DNA of 64,000 nucleotides. Source: Catajapyx aquilonaris. Taxonomy: Eukaryota. Location: positions 1 through 64,000 of the forward strand of contig JYFJ02001496.1 of assembly GCA_000934665.2 (NCBI GenBank). Reading direction: 5' to 3'. This document shows positions 14,501 to 27,700 of this stretch, piece after piece; position 1 is the stretch's first letter; the number at the start of each line of letters is the position of its first letter. Below the pieces are notes generated by a model. It saw nothing but the letters and a program-made list of their open reading frames with translations, had not been told where the DNA came from and made no database searches. The position numbers were made by a program, and so were the translations under genes.

Positions 14501-16389
14501 ACATAATCTATATTTACTAACAATTAGTATTTAAATGTTCTCTGTGCCCTCATGTGCAACCTTACTATCTATGAATACAAGTCTTCCTTCTATGTACTCA
14601 AAGAACTGATACTTAGATAAACTTCAACAACTTATACAGGCCTATTTCATATCAGCATCAGGTTTAGCGGTTGTGAGTGACTACTTCATGACCCTTGCTT
14701 TACACTAATCTGAGTACCCATTCACCTATTTCTAGGGAGAGCAAAATAAGTACTCAAAGTCCTGCTCTGCGAACATTTACTCCTGTCAATTTATTGGTTC
14801 TAGCATTAGCATTATAGATGCTGGAGTGATGTGCAAAGGTTTGCCTTCTCCATTGCATTCCTACAGTCAGTTTCACACTCATGAAGTGAATTCAAATAAA
14901 TGACTTGAAATGAAGTACACGGCCTTTTTTTTTAAATTAAACTACAATTATTAAGGATTCAATTACTACCTCTTATGGCAATAGTAAATGTCTGTACAGT
15001 TCCAACTCTGCCAGTTGAGAATTAATTATGCTAAGGAATTCATTATTTCCTTGCTCATAAGAGATAGTAAATTATTTACTCCTTTAAATATTGGAATCAA
15101 GCTCATATTCCCATTGAAAACACTCCTCATGCACTTACCTTGAGGTAATGACGCTTCAGGCTGAATGACCGCTGATACACCACTTTGCACACATCACATA
15201 TAAACTGTTTCTGGCCATTTCGCTCCTCCGTGTGGCACTCCAGAAGACGGAACTGGTAAAAAACACGCCCATTCTCAGATATGTGTACATTGTGATCAGT
15301 CCTGTCTAAATCCTCTTTGTTGGACGCCTGCTTGTCTGCCTTGCTCTTGTCCACCTTGTTCGACTTGTCTGCCTTGCTGGACACTGCTTTGTCCACTTCT
15401 CTGGTTGGAGCCATTGTCACAACACTGATAGCCTCTCGAGCAGCAGCCTCAGTTACAACACTATCACCAATCTCACTTGAGGGTTCCACCTCCTCAATTG
15501 GTTCCTCCTTCACAACCACCGTCCTCCTCAACCTTCGCACCACCTTCGTGCCCTTCCGCTTCTTTTTCACCCTACGTTGCACCACTTCTTCCTCCCTCTG
15601 ATGCACTTCCTCCCTGCCCCCTTGCAGTGCATCGTTTTCCCTCTCTGCAACTGCTTCATTTTCTCTCTGCGGCTCCACTTCCCTGTCCCTCCGTGTCAAG
15701 CACTCACTATCACTCGCGGGAGCCACCTCATTGTCCCTTTCTGGTGTGACCTCACCAACCCTCTGTGGTAGCATCTCACTGATCTTCCTTGGTACCACCT
15801 CTTTGTCCCTCTTTGCCCCTGCCTCACTGCCTCTCCATGGAATTTCATTGCTGTTCTGGTGGTTGTTGTTCCCAACATCCTCATTGCACACTAGCGTTGC
15901 CTTCTTTCCAGGAGAGTGGCCTTTGGTCTTACTAACACTCACACTCAGGTCTAGTGGTTCCTCAAATGGAAGGGCATTGACCACACTGGTGAGGGCCTCC
16001 AGGCTGTCATCTCGACGTGGGCAACATCGAAGGTCAAGTGCTGCATTGGCAGGGGGTTCTTCCAAGCCACTGACAACCTCCATTTGGTCCACCTTTGTGG
16101 TGAGGTCACGGCAGCAAGGGTTGAGCTGTCGCCTCACAGGCAGGCCCGCATTCTGCATGTTTCCCAGCACAGTCATTGCATCTAGAAAAGTAAGGTCAAG
16201 TACTAATTAGGAATTGAAGTATGAAAACAAGTGCACTAAACACAGCATTGGTTATGTAGTAATTTACCATTAGCTTGAATAACAACTCATGACATGAAAA
16301 GTATTACAATTTAGGAATTATCCATGGATATGAAACTGACGATCTCGTGTCCTCAAAACTTGCAAATGTATCATAGCATTATCAACTAC

Positions 16390-16426
<37 letters not shown>

Positions 16427-19400
16427 ATATGGCCTCTTAGGGGATATGCTTTTATATGCCCAATTTATTGAAATTCAGATGGATTGTAATTGTGAAGGAA
16501 ACATGGCAATAACTACACAAACGCGGACAGAACCCATCAAAACAACTTCCACATAAGAAAGTGTCCTCCACCTGATCCGAGGAACGAACAGAGGCCCTCA
16601 GAAGTGGAAGGCTATGACTCTAACCACTACAGGATTGTGCTGGCCTGATTTTCAGCTTATGTGCTCATGGTCTCTTTTGTTCAATGATAGAAGTTAAAAG
16701 CTGCCAAGGAATGCTGCTCCTAGTAAAGTACAGTACTAATTATATCATGCTGTAGCTTTACAAAAGTATTAACATGGGACACAAAAATCAATACGGAGTC
16801 ATGTTGTACGGCTCAATGAACTTCAAGTTTGTAGAATTCGAGCTTATACATCCAACTCTTAGGTGTTGCAATGCAAAATTTCAAACCGCAATTAATGAAT
16901 TTTTGCAAAAGGAAAAGCAATGTCATATTTGTTTTTAAAACCGAGATTGTCAAGAAATACTGTCTGGAATGGGAATGTTATGGCATGATTATGTGCAACA
17001 TTAACTGAACTTCCTTGGAGGTTTTGTAGCATTTGCACAAAAGTAGTCCTTGACAACATGCTTCTTGTTGTCAATAACTACTTTTGTACAGATGATTATG
17101 TACAGCATTAACTACACTCCCTTGGGAGAATTTGCAGCATTTCCACAAAAGTAGTTCTTGATACCAAGAAGCATGTTGTCAAGAACTACTTTTGTACAAA
17201 TGCTGCAAAACCTCCTTAGGAATGTAGTTAATGTCACACATAACCATGCCCAATGCATAATGTACTCATCAGCAGAATTTTCCCTCAAAAACTGCAAGCT
17301 TTTCCATCAGAACTTGCTGCAAACATTGCCACAACTACACAATGAATGTTCTTGCAATCCTCTACAACCTGTAACTCCCATATTGATCCGCAATACAACA
17401 AACGCACCCTGTACCATCTCTCCTAAAAACCACGTCCTATATTCCCCACCATTCCCTCACACACCAAGCGGAATACAATTCTCCTCCCAGCTTTGGAAAT
17501 TATACTANTACACAAAAAAAAAAATGTAAGGGGGCGGCATGCTCCGGTTTGAGGTCACGCTCCCATTCTTCCCTGTCGCAACTACCATGGTCCTAACTCC
17601 TGATGAACCTTCCAAACAGTGGTCTACCTCCCGAAGACACAACCCCTCCGAAATACTCTCCCAGTCTTCCTACTCTCTCTCTGTGTAGCTCTCCTCCAGT
17701 TCTCTCTCTCCACCAAAATCCACCCACCCAACCTCCCCTCCATTCCTCCCACCCTCCCCTCTCCATGCCTCCCAACCCCCCCAAACCCCCACTTGCCTCA
17801 CCACCACCCACTTTCGACCGAAAAATCCCCCCCGAGCTTTTATCTTGGGAGGCCCCCCCTTCTTTCACAGGTCCAAAAAAGTACCAAAAAAAAAAAAAAA
17901 AGGTGAGCAGTACAAGACTTGTCATAAAAATTGCTGGTTATGCCAAGGTCATAATGTCGAAGGGATTTCCGGCGGTTCCGTCGGTTTTCCTGGAAGAGGG
18001 TCTGGCCTTGAGGTATATGATGAGCCTCGATTTTTAGGCAGCAGGACCCAGGTAGAGCCGGATATGTTGGCGGACACAATGAGTGTAAAACTCCGTACAC
18101 ACGGAAGGGGTTGTCAAACTTGGCATGGGCGGCGCAATGTTGCCGCTAACACGCACGTCTGAATGCTGCCGGATGACTTACACAGGAGTGAGAACATGAA
18201 AAATCAATTAATAGTTCCTGAACTGGGGGATGCTCCAGAAAATTAAACGAACATAAAGTGCGCACATACTGTATACTGTTTGTAAGGCGATAACCCGTCA
18301 AAATATAGCAGTTTTATCTGAACACTTGCAACATGTCGAATGGACCAGAAAATTAGTCATTGAACCAACTCTAAAACTAGCCAATATGACCACAAAAAAA
18401 CAGGCACATTATCTATGTTCCAAAGGCGGATATCTCTCCGTTTATTAAACCGTGTAACGATACTTACCAGGGCTAAGATTGGCACCATTAATCAAACCAT
18501 CCCCAATTGTAAATGAATCCTACTCGCCTCCTTGTTTATCCTTGAAGTACCAGGGTTTCTGGCACACTTCCACTGACATTGACTTCCACATTAGCAATCC
18601 CCCCCTCTTTAGATCGATGTTAGGAACCAGGTTTTCGATCTATTTCAAACTGGGCAGTAGTCGAAACTTATTGTTGCAACGGCGTGGGAGGAATCCGGGT
18701 CTGCCGTGTGGGTTTTCGGACCCTCCCAACCGATGCCAAATCATCGCTCCGAAATATCCTCCAGCAAATTTATTACTGGTGACGTGTGCTGGAGATCTGG
18801 CAACGTGGCGCGTGCCCATGCCTGCCAATTGCTCCTACTCCGGACACACACAAAAAATGGTCTTTCAAACGAAATTTCCCCCTCTCCTTCTCTATTCTTC
18901 CATTGTTTCCTCTGAGGGATCCCTGTTTCTCTACCAGGCTTCCAAATGTACGCGATATCCAGGAATCACGACTCCTTTTCCAGAAAATGGCTGAACCTGC
19001 CAAACCTGATGGGATGATATCTGGACGTGACTCAAGTATGACACCCGCAGAAAACACGGTGGCTTATCGCACGGTTTCTCACGTGATGACATCATGTGCT
19101 TAGGTCCTCTCAAGGGGACCATCGAATTGTTTCGGGAGAGGGCCATTCTCTGATTTCATCGCACATACCGAACTGGATCAGATGCTATACGGTCAACTTT
19201 GGGCCGCATATTTCCAAAATTGAAACGAATCGGACCGGAACTTTAATGATTGAATACAATGCGGTATAACAACAAAGTTGCATTTTGTACACAAAAAAAT
19301 ACACCTAATTACAAGTTTTATAGCCAGTTTTTAACTGACGAGTTTTAAAATATGTGCTTCCTGGCCTCTATTATCATGTTAACATCATTACGCTCAACTA

Positions 19401-21660
19401 ACTAGTCTCAAAGTGCGATTAACGACATTTTATATAACGCGAACAATTTTTAAATTCCGAAGTGGCGCAAACACTGCAGTGCTTAAAACTTCGTGATAAA
19501 TCGTAGCTTAGCCCGAATAAAAATGAACATCCCAAACCATCAATGATTGCTGGAATCGATTACGAACTATTCCTACATAGCCTTTTGACATCATTTGCAG
19601 CATCATGCTATTTATTAAAATGCACAGTATATCCTCGTGACCGTGCTTTTCCTCATGCGCCCCCCCAAGACCGCCATTTCCTCCAGCCTGTCTCCACCTT
19701 TACATCACGATTCTCCTATTGCTCAAAAACCTCTGCATTGCACAAGTATTTTGCGAGTCCTACAATGCTCCCCACACCGAGAGCAATGGGCGTTATAAAC
19801 TTTGCTGCGGTTTCATGCGGAATTGCGTACTCGTAATGAATCGCTACGTAAATCAATCAAAATGTTCACAGGCTACCAGTATTTCTGGCTGGTATACGTG
19901 CACTCTGCCAGATTATAAGTAGCATGTACTCGCAGATAACTTGGACAAGTATATCACGTGTATTCTTCTTCACCTTCACGAGGCTGAGATAAATGAATAT
20001 TTTCCGGAGATAAATACGCGCCTGTCGCATAATTATTCAAAAGTAAACATCTGCAGCACACAAACACTGCTTATCATTGAAGTTCTGGCCGGTTCTGGCT
20101 CTACAGAAACAATGCAAGCAAGATTGGACATACACTGTACTGTATCAAAAATGCCTTCACAGATTTTTGCAATTAATGCAGCGGAATCTGGTATGAGGTA
20201 TACGGCAGCTTACTGTATGTAATTATATGAGAAAATGTGTGGCACACGTATATTTATACTTTTGGTGAAGGTTCAGGTATGCCATTTTTCCACTATTCAA
20301 GCATATTTACAGATACCTCATCATGTCGCGTCAACATGCAGAAATCTTCATAATCCGAGAAGACTATACGTGTAGCATCCGGGAGTGTTTAAAAACTAAC
20401 TTCACGCGTCTATCTCTTGCTCCAAGACGTCATTGCACTGTCAGGAGGGAAAAACTGAGAAGCCTTCCCACAAAAGCATGTTGAAAATTACGGCAGATCA
20501 TTAATTTTGCACAAGCTTGAAAAAGGGACATGGGTGGGGCGAATCCGTGAACGGCTTATTTTACATCCCGTCGAGTTTACAGACGATATACTCTTAACAC
20601 CAGTTTTTTTTTTTTTTTACTTGTCATGAATTGTTTGGTTCATAATTGCCAACACTTAATTACAACGACAAACCTGGCGTTGATACTATACCTTCGACAG
20701 TGCAGAAGGTGTTTTCATAAAAAATCAGGATATAATACAAGTAGAGGGCACCTCTACACTATACATAAGCGATTCAGGATAAGGTAACACGTGTGCCCCG
20801 CGCATAACCTTCACACCTCACAGTAAATATATTCATAATGCCCAAATTCTCACGATAACATTCCGCCTTCAATGCAGCTTCTGAATGCAGATACAGTATT
20901 AGACGAGAGATCCTTCTAACTTAGACCTTGTACTGTAACATACACGTGCTGTTTTCCAAGCCCTCAGTTCAAGCAAGATATAGCTCATCAAACCCGTTGA
21001 ATGTTGCCTCTCTATAAACTGATTTCTAGGACACTCATTATTTGCCTACCCCGACTGAATTGCGGACCTATGCAATGCACTACCCTTCTTAAATCGCCAT
21101 AGTACACGTGTCTCCTGGAATAACGTCCATCTCCATGCAACCACTAGTATTCCCACGATACAATTTTTAAAAAATCCTCCACTTTAAAACCACCACTCTA
21201 AAAATTTAAAAAAAACTTCGACACCACCCTGCCAACAATCTCCGGAAACATTTTGCGTGCAACCCCCTTCCCAAATTTAGCTCCCATTTTAATCCGTCCC
21301 AAACCCCCTGCATGCCATTTCCATCCGGGAAAACGCAACCTTGGTAGGGTCCAACCCCTCCATCGCCTTCATCCTGACACTATCTGCAACCCATGTTCCT
21401 CTCTTGCTCACCAGTAAGCCTATATGGTCAGGGGCACAATTTGATTCCTTCTTCCCACGCCCAGTGAATCGAGGCCAAACCGACACAAAATGGTGGCCCT
21501 CCGAATGTGTACCCGGATGTGACGCGTCCGGATTATGCTTTTACTTATAGTTATGGTGTACCAGACATTATGGACGAAACGTAAAGTGCTGAAGTCAGAG
21601 AGAGAGTTTGAGGGCGAGGGGGTTTTGAGAGAGGATGGAAAAGGAGGGTGGGGTTTGAGA

Positions 21661-21724
<64 letters not shown>

Positions 21725-24700
21725 GAATGGGGTCATTCCCCCCGGGCTGGTTTCCCGTTTGTGCCCACTAGCGAATGCAACTTGCTGATCCAACCGAAAC
21801 GTATCCTTCAGCTTGCATTTTTCTTTTTCTAGTAACAAAACCCATGACTCCAGGTGCGACGGGTTGGGCTCCTGGGTATAGAGGAGGGGAAGTATATACG
21901 TGGCACCCCCCCGTGAAGTGGTTGGGGACTTCCTTTCAGGAAATATCAGATGAGCTTGTTCGTGTTTCGTCTCCATTATGTAGCGAGCATGGTGCGTGGA
22001 TTATGAGGCAGGATTTTGGACGAAGGAAAAAAAAAAAAAATCATTGGAATCTGGCATATGTGACGGACTTCATGTGTGGAGCAACGCCCTGCCACATTAT
22101 ATGCATATCAAAAATGCCTTGTTGGCATTGCTGTACTATCTAGAATGGGATGCAGGCAACTGGTTGCTTCTATTTAAACTGGTTACTGGCGTAAACAACC
22201 CAAAACTAAATGCAGCACGGTACAATGTCCTACAATGAACTCGCACAAATTGTTTCTCGGCAATATGGCTGGGACTGGCAAGGTTGTACTTTGTAACGGC
22301 ATATTAGTGGGCCAAAAGTACAGCTCCAGAAACCGAATGGTCCTACATCTTATCTGGTGGCCTCGGTGATACCCTGGCAATAACCCCCGCTCATTTCTGT
22401 GATAGAATCCAGACTCGGAAGGTTTTCACCAAGATAGCAAAACCCCTCGTGCTTTATTTATAAGATCCATATTCACAAAGACCATTATTCCCCCCAAGCT
22501 ACTCGAGCGTTCTTACGGTTTTGCATGAATTATCTCCCCCCAAGTACTTTTCCAGATGGCAAGCTCAAAGGGAAGATTTGATTAAGATATTGATTGTTAC
22601 AGGTTGTCGTGAGGTGTTTATCTCCTCTACGGATTATTCAACAAAATATGCTTCAAAATCACCTCACTTCTTTCTTCGACGGTTGCTTCTTTATTCGTAC
22701 CGATTCCATTCCGATTGCTCGTATTGTTCATAAAAATCTGAATACTTATTATTTCGGTCGCTCCATTTCAGACTTTACAATCGATTAAATATTTTCATTC
22801 AAAACAGGTCCAGCGAGTAAAATTGACACGAGCTCATCTGTGGAGATATTATTGAAGTCTGCAATATCACTGCCATTGCTATTAGGCGTGAAATTCACTA
22901 ATGCATGAAACAGAGAATCTACCCGCACCCATGTGTTATCAACAACTGATTTTCAAAAGGCCTAGTGCATATGATTCATCGCTCAGCAATGGAACTTCTG
23001 CATGCTTCTGACTCAAATAACCTAAATATGACACAGCCTGGACAACCAAAGGAGGAAAAACACTTACTGCCATCACAAAACATTTTCAAAACAATTCAGT
23101 CAGCTCATGACAAATCAAAACAGTTCAAATTTCTTAGCACGTAAACCACCAAATCTACTTGGTGGCTTCTAAGGACAACAGGATTAATACTAATCTTGTA
23201 CTGTACAGTCACACACAAACAGAGCATACGCCATGCGCCCCAAGTTTCAACTTCCGAAGTTTGTCTCTGTCATGTAGCAGCAGCAGCTTTAAAACAAGTC
23301 CATGTAATCTATCAAACCCGTTTTTTCTCTCTTACTCTTCTAAATGCCAGCTCAACATTTTGGTGGCACAAATCGTACATTCATATTCCGGATGCCAGCC
23401 TTGAATCATATGGAAAAGGCATTCCGCGAGCTCCACTTTGGCAACAGTTGTTATCTTCGAGGGAAATCGATACCCGCGCTTGCAACTGTCCCCACCTTTT
23501 CCCTAAATGAAGGGCCCAGGAAAACAAACTGGCATCTGCCGATACTCCACAGAATCAAAATCGTACCGGTACTCCATCCGGCCATTTTGAATTCGTCCAA
23601 GGTGGACACGCGTCCCACTTATCAATCGTTCCGTGACTCCTGAGGTTCTCAAGCACCGATAAATCGATACACAGAAGAGGTTCGGCGGGCACAGGTCTGA
23701 TTCCCACCCAGAACTACCAAACGTGGAATATATCCGGCTATTAATCAGCAGCCATGACTAATTAAAGTAGCGTCACAGTCACGGCTACACTACCGATCAA
23801 ACATGGTAAGTCATTCCCCGCTTGTTTTGTGCAATGAAGTGTTCTGACTGCATATTTCCAAAGCAATTTCCGACGCGTCGTTCTCCAGCAGTCTAGACTG
23901 CCGGTGGCTTTTATTTTATTTTACCTTTTTTTGGCGGGAGAGGCCGCGTTATCTCTTGCACAAGCCCTTTGCCTTGGCAGGCAGGAAACTAGTAGAACAA
24001 TAAAAAGGCAAAACCTGTTTGCCCTCGCAATTGAGGCTAGTGGGATGTCAACAAATGCTACAGAAAAGACCTCACCGAGAGCCAAGTCTCCAGGAGCAAA
24101 ATGCACACAATCGAAACTTGATAACTTCTCCAGTCGTAAAGAAAACGTCAGTTGGTATTCTAGGCTTTATGGCCATTCCACCCACGTTTCCTACCATTTT
24201 AAATCATATCTTCGATTCACGAATCTTTACAGCCGACATAATGAATTTGAAGTCAAACGAGAATTACATTTATGATAACTACATTATAAATGATATCAAC
24301 GTAACAGTACATCAATATGTCTAGGGTGCAAATGCATGGCATTTAAAAAACCCATTAACCGCCTTAAACGTTTACTCAAGAAATCAACCCTTCTACACTG
24401 GCTTACTATACATGCTACATTTGGATTAATATTTCAACATCCCCCGCATTTACTACACTGCAACAACAATAGTGTTAAAAACTGGTCTTCAAAGGCATGC
24501 ATAGACAAAAAGCGATGAGACAACTCTGCGATAGTCGTACACCGATTTATGATTTATGACAACAATTCGGATACAAGCAAATGGTCACACCGGATTTATG
24601 GAGTTATTTCCTCCTCGCCTAAATAATTCACATGCTGCACACGGATACTGAATCAGATACGTAAACAATTGCGCAAATAGACAAACTAGTCCGAACCAGT

Positions 24701-27700
24701 CATGCAAATTACACCTGAGGGAAAAAAATAATCTGCTTCCTGAAGCGCACTTCCACAGTTAGTAGATTTTGACATGATCCGCGCCATCAACATTCATCGA
24801 CGGATTGAGAACAGCATGGCGTTTATTGCCATGTTAACACCGACGTCCCTTCCCCCCTGATGTATATATATATCGTCAATCCCCCCCTACACACCACCCT
24901 ATCCATGCAGCCAGAGGAAGATTCGGACTGGAGGCGTTTGGTCATATTGATCCATTACGTGCAATCGGAGTCTTGCAGCCAGCAGGGAGGATAAAAGGTC
25001 CCCCCTTTCGCAATCGCGGATTATTTCGACATCACTGAATGCTCTCTCTCTCTCACACATACTGTCCTCGAGTGCATGTCATCAACTTGGGTCGTTACTT
25101 CAGTCCTAAAGGGTGCGACAAAGGAGGAATTACTTCGGCCTCATGACTATTGCTTCGCTGTGCCCACTCCCAGGCTGCGAGTGCACTTTCGCCTCAGATT
25201 TATTTGGTACTGGGTTATTTATGACCATGTCACATCTATGGAGTTCAAGAGAGCGCTAGCGTATCATGATGTTGGAACTATTCAGTTAAACAGTACTAAT
25301 TCAGTCTCGCTTGCTCGTTTTTCCCACATTAAAGCGCAATGGTTGAAAACTTACGATGATGCCAGATATGTAGTATACGCTATAATTATGGGTCAAATAA
25401 ATACTGTGCATAAGAACTGAAAGCCCCAGAGCCTGTGCTGGATTCATGCATACAATTGCATGCGCAATACTATCTGCAATTTGGTTTTAGCGTATTCTGG
25501 CTCTAAACTACTGGTTTAGGCTGGAAGTACACCAAAATATTGTAAACAATTGGACAGCTATTCGTAAATACAGCCTCTGGAATACAAGCCGATACTATAC
25601 ATTAGCGGATCTACTAGCAGTGACATTTGAAAGTCACACTGTCAAACACAGCACATGTCAAAATTTTAACTCTAACCAAAGTTACTGTTTCCCAGTGCCA
25701 TTTGAATAGCTCAAATAAGCCTTGTTTCCTTAAATGCAATAACACATTCGTTGGAAATGTGCAGTAGTTAGCGGACATTTGGAATTTTTAGTTCCAGTGG
25801 TATTTGGAACGTATTATATTAATACGCGTATAGCAGGTCTAATACCCTTCACAGAGTCAACATTCTATAAGGTGGTCCTTTAAAAAAAACGTTCGATGAG
25901 TAATTGCAGTACTACGGAGATTAATCGCTCGTCATAACCACATTCAAAGACAGGCGTTCGCTGGCACATTAGGTACATTTGGTGACACTCCATTCAATAA
26001 TAACTCAATTACATGCATAAATAAATAATTCATAGCCTATTTAACTGACCCAATATTACGCTATTAGCCACAGGAAAGTGCAACATTAGGTTCTAATTAA
26101 ATGTCTATGCATCATGCATAACACATCCGGATTTTTGAAGCTTAATCGCTGCACCAAACAGTCATACGTAACAAGGCATGCCTAAAGGTAGCCTGCGCCC
26201 TACAGTATTCTCTACGCCTACATTGTCATAATTCTTCCCCTGAATGCCTACAATTTGTAGCATTAACTAGAATATATGCAATTCATCACTCCCGGATTCC
26301 CATCCACAGTATCTATACAGTGCCTTCGCAAAAACCTGTACATCATCGCAACGTATTCATCATCTCCTCACATGCCACTTATACAGTAGTACAATAATGC
26401 CCAGTCTATGCTGCAGTTACGCATAAATTCCTCCCCTGTGGCCACTTCACAACAGTCGAAACAACAGCTTAGTCACGCTATGCACTAAATAGTACTTGCA
26501 TTTGAGCAGACACGTGTGCACAGCCCTGATCTGATCTTTGTCCCCCTCCTAGTGCGACACTGGTAATTCCATAAGCGAGTCAGAGTCGGAAAAAGTAGGC
26601 CTCCGGTGGGCGGATTATTTTCTCGCATGGATCACAGGCAGCCCAGCACCGTCTCTTTCGCGAAAGAAGCCTCTACTTCCAGATAACCCGCTAAAAATAG
26701 TATCTAACTCTGCGAGAGACAAAAAAAGAAAAGAGGAGCAGCTAGAGAAGTTGGAGTCGCGGCGCCTTGAAGCTTCAAGACTCCCCTTGGCTGACTTATT
26801 CCCTTTCCTTGCGTTTTCTCCCAGGCCCATTCTTATTCGGCATTACACCTTGCCTCTTCATCGATCAGCACAGATAAAGCCCGCGTTATGAGTTGCGATG
26901 GCGCCGTTTACGAGAAGCTACGGTCAAAAGAAAATTGTTATTATCACAATCATGGGAGAACCGATGAATATCATGTTAATGTTAATGTTAAGTAAGGCCA
27001 CTAACATATTTGAGTCGAGTTACACACTTCCCACTTTTTTGCCCTCTTTGTTGTGATCATACTGCGTATTTTGTTTGTATCAATACGTTATCGTCACTCG
27101 AACGATATGTGACCGATAAGGAACGCCCACATCCGGGCATTTACCGAAATACGCCCTGTAAGTCGGGTTACGTAAATATTGTCATCGGCAGCGTTTTAGA
27201 GATTAGGTCCAACTGCAGCATCAGCAAACGGCATCGAGATTATTATGAGGCCAGGTTATACACGCCAGGCTTTGGGCATGTGAAGAATTTGAAATGTTAA
27301 AATCAGCCGCAAATATCAACATTCTCTCTCGCAAGTGTTACAAAGATGTGTGAATGAAGTGTTGTTAATATTTTTTTTTAATAAGTACAGTATTAACTGA
27401 GATCTAACATCAAAATATTCCCTCATGCCCAACAAACTCCATCAACCCAGGAACTTGCATAATTTGCTGAAAAAACCGGCAATCAAAAATGTAACCCGAG
27501 TACTTCTGAAACTGCTGAAAACAACTACTGTACAAAATTATAATAACATCTAAGTGACAACTCTAATTTTTGTCATTTTTGACCTGAACACCTAGCAACT
27601 ATGTATAAAAGACATGACAATCAGTTTGGTATGCTCCAAGTTCACGTATAATGCACGAGACGGCAACACGGACTAAATGAAAACCCGCATTCCCTATATC

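Noticed and set aside
2900..16210. Many + strand ORFs of 60-230 aa opposite the zinc-finger exons
   Set aside because: Antisense shadows of long, biased coding exons (Ser/Phe/Leu-rich, no domains, no splice support).
16570..16645. Possible tRNA genes here and at 43211-43285
   Set aside because: The A and B boxes are degenerate, there is no intact cloverleaf, and both continue into SINE bodies with simple-repeat tails.
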